Assembly: GCA_903813345.2 (NCBI GenBank)
Contig: CAIIXF020000001.1
Coordinates: 6,448,001 to 6,512,000, forward strand
Source: Owenia fusiformis
Taxonomy: Eukaryota
Length of the DNA stretch: 64,000 nt
Reading direction: 5' to 3'
The position numbers and the translations under genes were made by a program. This document shows positions 1-14,900 of this stretch, in pieces; position 1 is the stretch's first letter, and each line of letters opens with the position of its first letter. The notes under the pieces were generated by a model. The model worked only from the letters and a program-made list of their open reading frames with translations. It was not told the DNA's origin and ran no database searches.

Positions 1-182
1 GAAGTAATATTGTTTTTTCTAAGATTACATGAACAGGCTCAATACATTTTGGCCAAAAAGTACATCAAAACTGATCCTCCATTTGATCACATGAGGCCAA
101 TTTTAAATGACAGATCATACTTCTCAAGGCTATATTATATGGTAGAAGAATCCTGTGAATGTCTACTTCTTGCATACCAGTG

Positions 183-549
183 CAGGCCTGTCAACTGTCC
201 CGCAATTTGCGTATTTGTCACGCATTTGCTGAAGATTTTGAAGTCACGCCAGTTATTTTTGCGTGACAGAAAATGTCACGCAAATACGCATTTTACCTGG
301 TATTTGTCAAGCACAAATATTTCTGTAGAAAAATTTCTAAAAAAGATCGTCTACACAGCAAAAATACGAACGTCGGAAAAAAATGTACGCATTTCGTTCG
401 GACTTATCACGCGAATTACGTATATGTCACGCATTCTGTTCGAAATTTTTCGTACCTACCCCCCCCCCCACCCCACCTCCACATTTTGAGGGGAGGTGTT
501 CAACATTTCCAAGTCACTCATGTTAGGTGTTCCCAAGTTGACAGGCCTG
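183..549. mobile_element. Non-autonomous DNA transposon (MITE), hAT-like ends
   Basis: Perfect 14-bp terminal inverted repeats CAGGCCTGTCAACT (183-196) / AGTTGACAGGCCTG (536-549), flanked by a 6-bp direct repeat CCAGTG (177-182, 550-555); no coding capacity. Confidence 0.75.
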
Positions 550-3500
550 CCAGTGATTACTGATACTGATCAAAGCTGTGTTTTGCAGCTAGCAACATGC
601 ATGCATCAAGACACATGCTGGGGATCATGGCTTATCATAATGCTAGCATACCATCACATTAGGATGACTCAGATCCCAGGGGAGAGTTAAAGCTACAGAA
701 TGATTAGAAACGATAAGACTGGGATCAATAGCTCACTAGCCTGTAATGTTGACAAACCCTCTCTAGAAAATGAGACATACATGTACAAAGCAAACATGTA
801 CCATTTTCACAAAAACATAGGTTCATACCCAACAGTTTGATTTCACTTCTTAAAGAGAGCTTCATCTACTAAACTCCAATAATCAGGGTGATGGGTTCAC
901 TGTAGTCAACTCAGAAAATGGAAATATTAAAACCAAATCTTCACACTCGAAATACATAAAATGATAAGATTTTGAGGTGAACAAAAAGGATCAAGTCTTA
1001 TATAACTCCATTGTGTGACACAACCTTCTGCTGATTTTGATACATTGGGGGAGGGGGATATATAAGGACTTTGATGCATAACTATGCTATGCAACAGGAG
1101 AATCCCATAGTAATCGAATGACAAATGCTAAATTGAATTAAAAGGCCCAATTATCTATCTCCTAGATCTATAGTGAAAGTGGTTTCATTCATAATTTAGT
1201 ATGATGATTTAATTATCAGATGGTTGGTTACATTTAGTATTGGGCATGAGCCATATTGGAATGTCTGCTAATTACAACTTGGTTAAATCTATTCTTGGAA
1301 TTTTATTTCAAGCAATTCCGGTTCTCACTGATATCTTGAATAGAATATTTGAAATCATTGTATTTCTTTATCTGTAATCAATTCACGAAGAGAAATATTT
1401 TATGATCATAATTCATAGAATCATATATTGCTCAAAACATTTGTTGTAACAATATTGTGGCTTAGTAAACCATACTTCATTATACACTTCACACATTTCA
1501 TTGTTTTGTTGTTGAGCTTGTAAGTTATTAAATCACAGATCCGACACATAATAATTGTGGAAAACAATTATGGAAATTGTAATAATGATTGTAATTATTA
1601 TGATAATGGCTAAGATAATAAATATAATTTCAGAACTGATATCTGCAGTATTTTAAAACTGATTCATTCATTCTTTAGCTTTATTGTGCTAAGCCAACTG
1701 TGCTATAACATGTGTGCTGGGATAAGTGTGCCAACTGAGGATACATTGTTATTACACATTAAGTATTAGATTAGCAGCACCATACTATTTATATTTTACA
1801 AACAAAATCTTTTTGTCAAATTTGTACCTATTGCCTACAAGAAAATTGGAAAGATGAAAAATAGCTCCAAGTGCAACTGTGCAACTATTTTTGCTTCCAG
1901 TAAGGCTGTAATAAATCAAATCAATGTTTCACCTCAGGTTTGGCTTCCTGGGTTTAGCAGGCCTGCAATTATGTATAGTAGCCTTAACATGTCATCAGTA
2001 TAGGATTTCTGTTTCAGTTCTATGTACAGTATCTATGGGTTTCACATTTACCATCTACATGTATATGAGGTGAAATAGCAATTAACAGAATAGAATAATT
2101 AGAATACTGTCAGGAAACCATGGCAACATTACATTTTCTGCCAATAAGTAGCTAACAATCATTTCATATTCAACTCCCTTTGAATGCCAAGAAAGGTACA
2201 CATGCATATGACAAATGAGATCATTAAGATCATATTAACATCATCAAAACAAATGCATTTGTTGTAGTCAGAAAGTTAGTATAGCTGACTGGTAGAGGTT
2301 CAGCGTTCTACCAACACCGACGTTTATTCTGGTATTTCTGAAACCTACAATATTGATGAACATATAATTTATAGTTAGAATATTCTTGTTTTCTAAATGC
2401 AAAAAGAACAGTATCAATATTATTGTAGGAATTTGCATTACTGTAAATGTTTCTGTGTGATAAATCAGGAGAACCTGACAGGCAAACAATACAGAACACA
2501 TATTTTATTGATCACTTTACTACAGAGCATTAATATATATAAGACACATAAACAAACTTACCATGCAGGCTCATGTTGCGAACACCATTCGTTGGTGATG
2601 TCGCCATCTTGTTAGATGATGCTTTCTTTTAGCTTTGCGATGTAATCCAAAATATATTTTGTTAATCCAATTATAACGTCACACTTTTGTCTCTATGAAT
2701 CAGGGAGCATTGTATTATAATCTAGTATTCCTTGTGTTGTCTCCTCAAAGAGCCTGAAAGTTGCATAGATTATTACTAACATGCAATAAGTTATGTCGCA
2801 TCCAGTATTAATGCTCTATTGATTTTTAGAGAACCTATTCCGCAGAAACAACTGCAGGGTACTTATGAATCAAATATATTGATGGAAACCAAAGAGAGTC
2901 TCAGTAATTATAGACATAGCCCATGCGCTCTTTTATTTAACCACTGCAGAATTCTATGTTAGAGCCTGAGGTTTACAGGCTAATTGATTATTTCTTAAGA
3001 ACAATAAACTGTATTTTGCCTTTGTCTATGAAACACTGTACTATTGCAAATAAAATGGCACCTTTCAATTATAAATAGCTCAGAGAAAAACAATAAGTCC
3101 CTTAGGGTTCATGTTATACTTTTATTCATTAGTGTTATTATATGAAGATAACAAAATTCCCTAACGAATAACATCTGTAGCTTTTGTAAACGAACATCAG
3201 GTTGTCATGACCCTTCAGTAATTATTCATCAGGAATATATATACAATATCATCATTATTTATGCAGTGCAGTTATAATTACAACAACAACATTATGTGAA
3301 TTTTTTGTCTCTTCTCAAAAATGTTGGCCTTGAGATTTTTTGATTTTCTAAATGTAAATAAATTTATCGCATTAAAAATGTATTCATTCTTCTAACTTAA
3401 ATTTATGATGGAGAATCAAAGACTTTTTGTTAAGCTCATTTTTGTTATGATATTCTGAAAATTATTCTTAAAATAACAAACAGTATCAACAACATTATAT

Positions 3501-6500
3501 ATCAGCTTACCTTGAAGCATTGAAGTACAAATCTACCTCCAGGTTTAAAAATATACAAATCCAGCTCTAATTTAGCATTAACATTTGATCATTTGATCAA
3601 GCTCAAGGTAATCAGATCTGATATCTTAGCTCAAGGTAGCAATCTCCAGAAATACAATCTCACATACACATAACAACTATACAATGAAATTCATGTTGGC
3701 TTTTAGTCAAGGCCTTCCTTATACAGTTAATCCAATACTCTAATCCAAACAAATGGCACAAAAGATCTTGGTCAATGTTTAGAAATCTGAAACCTACTTG
3801 CTAAGTTCTGATATTAAGAACACAATACAAAGTTGTATCTTTGTCCACACAATAAAGAAGTTTTCTTATGATTGTGATTTTTCGATCAGCGTTTCATTTT
3901 CTGAATTTTTTAAGAAATTGAGTAAAAGCTTCACGAGGTTAACCTTATTCTCTTTTGTTCTTTATTTTTTGGATATACACAATTGTACGTTATACAAACA
4001 GGTCGAAGTAAAACTGGTGTAAACATTATGGTTCGAAACATTATACCTTTAGGCATGGAGACTTTTTGTAATGGATACCAAGCTTTTATTCATCAATGTC
4101 CACTTTACCAAACAAAAAATCATAACGCTTTAACACAACTGCATGCAAAATAGTTTTTTTCAAGTGAATTAAATTCCACAAAATCAAACGGCTTTCAAAA
4201 TGCAGTCAATAAAAACTGTTTTATCAAAACTACTTGTCAACTCCTGTTTTTGTGTTAATAGGCTATAAAAAAAGTTTGATAGTGATAAGTTAGAGTTTAC
4301 CTTAGCAACAACACTACAAACATATTAAAACTGATTTTGATTATTGATACTATAAACTGCAACTGCAAATAATAAATTTCAAATCTATATCATCCAACAA
4401 ATAGGCATTGTCTTGCTTAGCAATAAGCATAAGTAGTTAAAATGCACTTGGAATGGATCTCTGTTAAATCTATAAGAATCTAAACATAGAATTCCAGACC
4501 ATTGAAATCTCCAGCTATTGGTCTATCTTATTAATGGTAAAGAATATGAGATTTATAGGCCAAGATCCTGTCTGTACAATGTCTCAATCTGATAATTCAC
4601 AATGATTGAGTGGAAGTGGCAAATTGAATAAAAACGTTATTCCATCTGATTGGGATAAGATAGATTTGAAGAAAAACAGAAATTAAACTTTTTCGAAAAT
4701 ATTACTGATTAGGGGGTAATATAAAAAAATTTAAGAACAGAATAAATATATCTTAAAATCCAAACAATTGAGGTGAAACACAATAAAGAATATATTTCAA
4801 CAATGTAAAACAAAACAACATTGAGCAGCCTCATAAAAATTTATGTTGTACTTACTGTAAATAAAGATAAGTCCAAATATTAACTTTATGTTTAACTCCT
4901 GTTTTATTTCTTATGCATGTATAGCAATACTGTGCTCAGTGAACTTTTCTATACCATACACATACAACACCAACCACTTCAATCATGCAATGCTAAAAAT
5001 ATACCCAACTTGCCTAATTCTTGCCAAGCGCTCGGTGGTTGTGTGCCAATTTTAACCTACTGTATTCTGGGTTTTGTTGTTTTCTTGATCAAAGGTACAT
5101 ATGCTCATTTATCATTTATAGTGTCCAGTTAACCTACTCCAAAGGAAAGTAATAAAAAACAGGGACCAAGTTAAACTTTAGTTCTGCCTTTTCAAACATT
5201 TATGTTATGAATATATTAAAGTACCCTTTGAAGCCTATTATGAGATAAAAAATGAGCCAGGTGTCCAAACAGCCTTTTGGACAAAAAAAACTGAATCTAA
5301 AAATAAAACTGCAGGAGATGCTCTAAATAATTCAATGGTTTAAACTGACTTGTTTAGTTCGTAAGTAAGTTGGATTTCCAGTAAAAGTAAAATTAACGCA
5401 ATAATCTGGTCAATTTTAAATCAAAAAATAAAGTTGTTTCATAATGCAACACCATTTTAAAATGATTTATAAATTATATGGTAATTTATAAAATATACAT
5501 ACCCCATTATACAGACCTTCACTTTTCAAGTACATCACTTACTGCTGTACAGGTGAATTTTATATGAGATAAAGATAACCTAAATAGTTGAGATAAATTA
5601 AGATAATACCTGGTAATAAACAGACCTTACTTCCCACAAAACAGCACATATACAATCAAGGTCAGATTAGATTACAAAACATCACTCAGTAGTGAAGATA
5701 AACTTTATGTTAACCTTGCCTTTAAAAGATAAACTTACTTATCACACGGATAAGCTTAAATACCAAAATATTTCTCTGATTTGCTTACAGTTCAATAAAC
5801 CTATGAGTTTTGATTTACAATAATGAAGTCAATCAAAGTTGAGATAAGTGTTTCTTATTTTGAAATTATGTTGCATTTAAGGTTTTTACATGCCATTGAT
5901 ATAATAAAAAAAAAAAAAAGGTATGTCATATTTCATTGAATCAAGCATTTAGTTTACAAGAGCACTGCTTCTAGCCTGATTTTTTTTTATCAAGTACCAG
6001 GCCGGGATATACCCCTGTGTGGTCCAATAATTAATTTTTAGTATTTTTTTTAATCAATTGGTCCATTTACACTTGACAGATTGAGAACATGGTCATAGTG
6101 ATTGAGTGTTGTTATTGACAATATAGTTCCTACACCTAAAGGCTGCATAAAAATGAACTCTCTGGAAATGAAATGACTGTTTTTGGGAGTGATTACATCT
6201 GTATGACCTCATAAAAGTTTTCATGGTACATATTTTGTTGGAATTTAATATCATCGTGGAAAGCGACATGAAAGTCAAGTGATAAACCAATCATGCATGT
6301 TTCCAAACATTCTCCTTTAGTCAGTAATTTCAAGTAAAACTTTGTAAAAGGGGTAGATCATATATGATAGCAATTATTGTATTTAAGCTTGTTGTTCATC
6401 TTCTTCATACATCTAAACCTAAAATTATCAACCATAAAATTGTCAGTTCTTCTCGGAAAGTGGACTTGCAAACCCTAAAAAAAACACTACAGTAAGAATA

Positions 6501-7571
6501 CGAAAATTGAAATTAGTTTCCTCATATTATGTTTCTATTCATACATCCAAGTGCTATGCAAAATTTAATGACATTGTTTCATTGAAAGCTTGCATAAAGT
6601 TACTATACAGACTACATTCAAATAAAAAACTAACATTCTAAAGTGCCCTTCACAATTCTAAATGAATCCATTTAAAGTTTCTATTTAAAGCAGTTGTAAA
6701 TTCAATTGCCTTTAAAAAATTTTATAGTGCTGTTCTTTGTAATATTTGCCCAACACCTGAAACAGGAAAGAATATGTGTAGGTTCAATAAAACTTGAAGT
6801 ATATACATAATATAAAGTGTGTGTTCCTTTTAACAACAAGTCAATTTACATGTCAATATAATGTATACCTATAATGGTTTCATTCGAGACAAGTGTTTGT
6901 CGTCAAACAGAAACTTACCAAGGACATGTGGTTGGTATGCTGAAGTAGCAGCTGAATGGTACACAGGTGATCTACCCCCATCCCACAACACACTGACTTA
7001 TATCATTACATCTACATTACATTCAAGCTTGACCTAATGACCTTTTGTAAAGGTATGTAGAAGTCATTTGACCCTTTGATCCTTTTCTACAAATGAAATA
7101 AAAAACATATTCTTTAACTTGGATAAAGAACCACTATTTTGTCTATTTAGTGGCTTTCTATAATATTTCTCTTCACATTTCATAACTGATTTTTTCAGAA
7201 AAAGTTTCAAATACATTGTTTCAAGATATGTTTCAAAATAGTTCATATATGATATCCCATTCATGCTTAGTGATCAGGAAAATGGGACAGGGGATGCAGC
7301 AATTTCTGCTCGAAAATCCAAAAATCTGAAAGATTTATTTTTTCAAGAGAATGTTTACTATTGAATTGCTGAATGAATAGGCGCATGGTATGGTAGAATA
7401 TCACTGGTCAGTATCAAGCGAATGTAACAGCTGTAACCTTTGCATCAAAGATGGCGGATGTTTACTGTCGATTTCTATATTTCTAGTTTTTTGATATTTT
7501 TAGTTTAAACTACGTTATAGTTGACGTAATGCTTTGCTATTTTAACTATATATGACATGGAAACTCTGCAG

Positions 7572-7857
7572 TGTGATCATTTGTTCATAATACCATGCGT
7601 AGGCACCACGGTTCAACGATATCTTCCACTGCTTAAGGGAAGGTAACAGGGAATTTGGTTTTACAGGTGATAAGATAACTGATATGCGGTGATGCAGTAA
7701 CGTTATGAGAGTTTATAATGGACAGCTAAGATGTCCAGTTACCGCGTCTTGAAAACTAACACCATATTATCATACATTTCCAGTTACCTTCCCTTAGCGG
7801 GGGAAGATATTGTTGAAGTGTGGCGCCTACACATGATATATGAACAAATTATCATAT
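7572..7857. repeat. Degenerate inverted-repeat (MITE-like) element
   Basis: Arms of about 80 bp are imperfectly complementary, e.g. catgcgtaggcaccacggttcaacgatatcttcc vs ggaagatattgttgaagtgtggcgcctacacatg, and aagggaaggtaac vs gttaccttccctt. Confidence 0.6.
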
Positions 7858-9148
7858 TCTACTGATTTTGTTCAAATACCAAAACATAGGCCTTCATATG
7901 AATACCTGATTTACCCGGTAAGTGCAATCTTGCCAACTAAGCAAAACAAGGTGTTAACATGCAAAATAATTTTGGGCCAAAAAAGCCTTAAGGCCCCAAA
8001 AAGTGGGCCTTTTTGGTCATTACTAGGCCTTCTTAGACCTTATTCTTGAATTTCAGGCCAAATTTTGAAGAAAATGGGCCTCAAAATTTGGGCCCACTTT
8101 TCGGTTTTAGGGGCCCAAAACTTTTTGAGTTTTTATCTCTGACCGGAAATTTGAGCCCCCCCCCCCCTTGTTGGTTCCTGGATCCACCCCTGCTATGTAT
8201 ATCTACTCTGCTAATTCATTGTAAACACAAACAAGTACCATTTTGATACTCAACACTCTTTCTGTCATAGCTGAAAGCCCATGATCATACTAGTGTGAAG
8301 CTAATAGAAGGCCATGATTTCTCATGATGAACAAGTACTAATTGCAATCCATTTGTCCTTAACAAACCTTACTTATGTGCCAAAGTTAGCGAAATCTACC
8401 CAGTTGACATGAACAATATTATATTGACCAAGCAATAATCCCGGGAATTGAAAAAGTATTGATGAAGGTTTATAAAGAAATACCAAAGGTTACTGATTAG
8501 TTTATATATTCTTATCTAGACAGTATTTCTAGTATAAAATATGTTATTCATGACCCTTGAACATCACACAATTACTTTTATGAACTAAAATAGATATAAA
8601 AACCTGTTCAGTACGCTAATTTAAAGAAATTAGGAGAAATTACCTGCAATTTCAATATTCAATTAACACTTTCAGAACGAGGCTCGGCGCCAATGCAAAT
8701 TCGTACCGAACGAAAATGATACATCTTAAATAGTAGTGACATCTTTATAATACTATGAAACTCAATTTCTTACTTTGACATTGTAATGGACTTCTAAATC
8801 AATATTAGTACATGTTCTGAAGAATGAGTATTTTCAATATTTTAACAAAATTCTAAATTATCACGGAAAATTTATTTTTGCAGTACTTTCAGATGCCCGA
8901 GATACCCGTGGATTCGAGTCCCACTGTCTTTAAATGTTCAGTGATGGTTCATTGGTTGATACATTTACTAGTTTTATATGCTCGTTCTTCAACTGTTGCC
9001 CATATATTTGTTCAATAAGAACAAGTAACATGATGCAAAAACATAAAAAAACTTTTAATCTCATCATCTTTTTTTATTTTTCTATTCAATTTATTGTCTG
9101 TACAATTTCCTAAATACCTTTATTTTTACAAATAAATACTCTATTTCC

Positions 9149-9989
9149 CACAGGTTGGTATCGAAAGATTTGTCTGCTGTGACGGAGCATGCTATTTTTC
9201 ATAAAAACACTAAGAATGCTTCACGATTTATTTTTTAACTCATATGTTTCGTTATATCAAAGAAAATTACTTACTCCATGCAATGGATATATCATTTGCG
9301 TGTAACCTTCACTTCTGTTTGAAGTCCAATAACGCTAGGAGTAAAATCTATTGAAAACGGCGCCAGAGTATCAAACTCTAAAATGTACCATTTCTTTTTT
9401 AACTTTTTAATAGCATGATATAGTGACACGATAATATTAACATATGTTTTCAGCATAACTCTGAATGTATTAATGAGATATTAATGCATTGGGTCTTTTT
9501 AATTTTTTTATAAAAAATAATATTAATATTTTTTGTCCGCTGTGACGGAGCATTTTCACAGTTCACATTTGCAACTGCTCCGTCACAGCGGACAAAAAAA
9601 TTAAACATTATTTTTTTATAGAAGAATTAAAAAGACCAAATACATCAACATCTCATTTATCATGTTTATACCTTCATAGTTATGCTGAAACCATGTGTAA
9701 ATATTATCGTGTCACTATATCGTGCCATTAGAAAGTTAAACAAGAAATGGTACATTTTGAAGTATGATACTCCGGCGCCATTTTCAATAGCTTTTCTTCC
9801 CAGCGTAATTGGACTTCAAACAGAAGTGAAAGTTACCCGCAAATGATATATCCATTGCATGGAGTAAGTAATTTTGTATGGTGTAACAAAACATATGAGT
9901 TAAAAAATAAATCGTTAAGTATTCTTAGTGTTTTTATGAAAAATAGTATGCTCCGTCACAGCGGACAAATATTTCAATACCAGCCTGTG
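9149..9989. mobile_element. Fold-back non-autonomous transposon with Transib-type ends
   Basis: 841-bp near-palindrome with arms of about 400 bp, termini CACAGG...CCTGTG, and a 5-bp direct repeat TTTCC at 9144-9148 and 9990-9994. CAC/GTG ends plus a 5-bp TSD are the Transib signature. Confidence 0.75.
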
Positions 9990-11901
9990 TTTCCATGATA
10001 TACAAATTATCACAAAATCAATCAGAATTAACGACTAAAATAAGATTATTACTTCATATATATTAAAACCTGTCTATTAAGATGCACCATTTTATTGGAG
10101 ATCTACCAGATTATCTTGGGCATTAAAATGGACAGCAATCACAGGATGCCATGACAAATTCAGTACATGTATCCAAAATAATTCTACATACATTATTTAC
10201 AGGTACCATTGTATTTAATCTGTGGAAACTCATTTTAGATTAGTTTTAAACGTTATTGTAGAACACAAATCACACACAAACATATTTAAATGGCCATAAG
10301 GGCATGCATGATGTGCTACTGTCATGGACATAGCCAGTTATGACTTATGAGGCATACAAGGCAAATTGCCTCACTATAAATATCAGAAAATTTCAATTGA
10401 AACCATGAAAATGAAGTCTAACACAATGTTTAGATCCTGGCTACATCCATGCACTGCATTATTCACTGTCATTTTCTTTTTTCATTCCTTTCAACTAATG
10501 ATCTTGCTTCAAATTATATTGAAGTATATATGGTTCAATTTCTGAGATGCTTACATAAAGATTATTATATTACTGAGATATTATTGAAGGACAATTTTGC
10601 ATCGCCTATTGGAGTGAAAGTGAAGTATAATAAGACATTGGGAGAAAACTTCCCATTAAGTTTTCTATGTCCATGATAGCACAGTACAGTGTAGTGGAAA
10701 CAACAATCACTCCAATCTTGGCCATGATTGGTTCATCAAGTTTTCAGATTCTTACATAAACTACCAAACTACCCAATGCCAGCCCATGGCCTTCTCTTAT
10801 TGGGAAATACAATTGCCAAGAGACCATCTCTGGAACATATCTTGATTTCATGATTTGTGGAAAATTGAATCCAGAAATCACATAACTCATAACTAACAGT
10901 AAGTTCCAGAAATGGGCTCTCGATTAAAAGCATAAACATATTCAGCCTCTATTAAAATCTAGTAAAGGGCTTTTACTCTAAATTTACAACTTCAATCTCA
11001 ATCAAAAATACATAATAATATAATATACAATACTCATTGTCTGGAAACCCATTCAAAGGTCATTCCATAAACATATAAACATTTACAGAAGATACTTCTG
11101 CACCTATATTAAGTACATTAATTGAACATCTTATGTATTCACATACAAAAGGCCCTTGATTAAATTCCTAAGAACTGTACATGTTCAATTATATACAATG
11201 TCTGGAAGTAATATATATCTTACATATGTTTATAAAAAATGAGCGAATTATGTACATCTTTCTATATTTTACAGTGTACTGCACAGGATTTGATTATAGA
11301 TAACAATATAATTACATTTTGATGCTGTTCTTCACAATCATATTCTTGATTAATTTTGCCTAGCCTATAATGAACAGACCCGCAACAGAATATTATGTCA
11401 CATATATTTACAAAGTGTCCATTTGAAATGGTTATCTTGAAATGTGAAATGTCTTGCTGATGTGAAATACTAGATCAAGGTGTTTGGGCAATAAATTTCA
11501 AAGAAAATTACAAATTAAAAAGCATTTACAGTTAAGGATTCTTTTCTTATAAAACACACTGGTGATGCAGAAATGTTTCAAAACTTAAATAAGGCATGGA
11601 CATGTGAAATGTCACCACCTGCCATTTGCTACAGACACTGAATGCCGACCGTTGTACATCATCCACAAAAACCTGAAGACTTTTAACAGTATGTCACCAC
11701 TTGAGGTGGTGACATAAAAATTGAATTCAGGATGAAGGACATAGTCATCATTGTTTGTTTGGTCCTGTTTGCTCAGTGGCTTTGTACATGCAGGATTTCA
11801 TCCATGTGAACAGACAATGCATTTTAGCATTGACCAACCACAGTCAATAAAACTGACATTCTCCATAGAGCACTTTTATATGTTATTGATAATAATTTAC
11901 T

Positions 11902-14900
11902 TTATGATCCAAATTCCAGGGTATCTTCTGTTATAGGTTTGAAATCAAAAGAGCCTCTACCATCCATGTGTAGATAGTACTGAAAATAAAGAACAACGTT
12001 TTTCAAAATGATAAAACAAATACAACACACATAGTGTATATCATAGTACTTGTTGAATATTTGAAAGACATTATGATAGTACTTCAAACAGTATCAGGTT
12101 ACAAAACGTGAGTGAAATCTGACTTGACTTGAATCAAAAATGAGTTTAAGAAACACATGGTATATAACAAAGACTTATGGAATTACAGGGACATAGAAAT
12201 GAGAATACAGTTCCAAAGACGAACTTACAGAGACATATGTCTACCGTGTAACATAGACTATATATAAAACTGACCTCATGGTGTTTCCAAAGGGACTTTC
12301 TATGTGATACAGTGAACAATGTGATGCCCACTTCCCTACAGTATTGGTACATACAAGCCTCCACATCTACACTCACAGCACTAGTGCACTCATCTAGGAT
12401 TGCGAATTGGGGTTTGTGATAGAACACACGAGCCATCTAGAACAAGAATGATTTATAATTTCATCTAACAATATCACATTGTGTCATCCAAGATAGTATA
12501 ACTTAATATTTATATGAATACCAATTTCAAAAAGTACCTGAACAACTACTATAGGTTACAAAATTAAAGCATATACAGTGCAAGACTTTTGGGACAACTT
12601 CATTTAAATTGTGTATTTCTCATTAAGCTGTTACTGCATCTAAGTTATTTGCATTTATGAAGATTGTCAATATCTTCAATATCACTACATCTTGCAAATA
12701 TAATATGAATGCACAATTGCTAGCTTATATCAATACATACAGCAATTCTTTGTTTCTCTCCTCCACTGAGTCTGTCCATCCAATCATGCATAACATCCCA
12801 TCCTCCCTCTCTCTCCAGAATGTATGTAAGCTGCACCTAAAACACACAAATACTAAATATGCATCAAGAATTAAATTCATTTGGAACTCATATACTCATA
12901 TCATATATATCTATTTTATTTTTGCAAGTATATAATGCGTACACTTATTACAAACGTTAACACCATTAGTTGGCCATGAATGAATATCAACCATTGAATG
13001 GATAAATATAATAGACCTATGAAATCATAAGATATGACTTTGGATTTGTGTTTGCTGCTTAGGCACCACAAGTTGGAGACTATAACAATATGTCACCACT
13101 TCTGGTAGTGACATAATAATACTATTATAAGGACCAACCTTGTCTAGATATTCTTCTAGATCTTTATCAGTCATTTTCTTTTTCTTCAGGTCTTCCAAAC
13201 TATCAGGGTATATGACTTGGTCCCGTAGGCTCCCAAGGGTCATGTATGGCCTCTATAAACATATGCAAATTGATATAAAATATTGTAATATGCAGGAGTA
13301 TAAAACTAGATTCTTTTGTCCTCTTATACAACATCCTAATTACCACCATATTTACAATGCATATATTTTCACAGGGAAAAATGTTGTTCTGGGAATGAAC
13401 CATACATCAGTGTTTTGTAATCGAACACTAGAAATGCAATAACATTTTTACATTGATATAAAAAATGATCATAAGAGAATTAAATTATTTTCTTGTATTT
13501 GTTTCATTATTGATTTGACAAATCATTAGTAATATTAGTCACTTACTTGTGGAATATAAAACAGTTTTCCTCTCTCAGGTTTTGTCATGGTACCTCCAAA
13601 TAGTGGCCATAGCTGAAATAAGAGTAACTTGATTTCTAAATCACATGAAAATCATAATTTGTTCCTTGGTATTATATTAAACTGTGATTTTCAAAAAGTT
13701 GTAAAAATTTTATAATTTGATTACTCAAAACTTGAGGCAGTGCATTTCATGTTTTTCCACATTAAATGTTCATTTCTCCCCTCACCAATATAACAACTAT
13801 TTTTTCTGCAACTGCCAACATTTGGGCACTTTTTCACAAAACCCTTTTTCTTACCTCTCCCACCATTCTGAAAAGTGAGCTCTTCCCACAGCCATTGGGG
13901 CCACAGACTAGAACATTCATTCCTGACTTCACTTCAAAGTTCAGTTCTTCTACTAGAATATCACCATTTGGAGTAACCAGTGGAACTTTCTCAAATCTGA
14001 AATTATCATTATTTTTTCAATAAATGTAGATAGGAATTAACTTTGAATCATTCGTACAGATTTATATATCTAGTAATATAGGAAATGATATATCTTTAAA
14101 TGATATACAATACATGTCATGGTTTAACGTTATATCATATGGTATTCATCCTTAAACTTGGGTATTGGTTTCTTTGGCACACCCTATATATCATAAATAT
14201 TCATGCAGGCTGCTTTAAAGGTGTTTGATAAATCACAAAAACAGAAAAAGAAAATCTTCTTTACTCACTTAATTATTTTGTCTTTAATCACCACAGTTCC
14301 CGAGCCAGGTTTAAGATCAGCCTTTTCTTTGATAGCTGAAATATGATTAACAGCATGGGTAAAAGAAATCTTAATCAAGATGTATTTGATTAAATAAATC
14401 AAGAAATATGATAATTGACAATATGAGGGTTTGTTTCTAGTTTACCCTATATGCATGTAACTGATATATTATGTATATTGTGAAATTCATCTGATTACCA
14501 TGATTGATATTTTACTTGAATCCTTGATCTGCCTACGATCAGAAATTATTATTTTGTGTAGTTTTGACTTTTTGCGAGCCATTCTATAAACAGTACATAT
14601 GAAACTTACAGTTGGGTTTGTCATTCTCAGATACCATTGTCCTGGTATATTTTCCACTGTTTAAGTCATCCAATACTTGGATAAGTTCAGTTATCCTAGC
14701 TGTAAAACTGCAAAATTAAAACAGAATTCATTGACTTTATTTCCTGTCATACTAAACATACATATTACAGAATTCTTTTATCTTTGGGATACTTGGAAAA
14801 TAAACAATTGATAATTACACCCTGAAATATTAATAAATTGTAAAATGAATCCACAGAATGCATCCAATTTCTTCATATCTCCTCCCACCTAATGTTAATG

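Noticed and set aside
10-563. 159-aa and 96-aa ORFs at the window start
   Set aside because: They run through a TIR/TSD-bounded MITE, have no recognisable motifs and do not resemble a transposase.
600-11900. Possible hidden gene in the long ORF-poor region
   Set aside because: Only short ORFs with no family motifs or consistent exon chain; best read as ABCD3 3' UTR, intergenic DNA and repeats. Small exons or a lncRNA cannot be excluded by eye.
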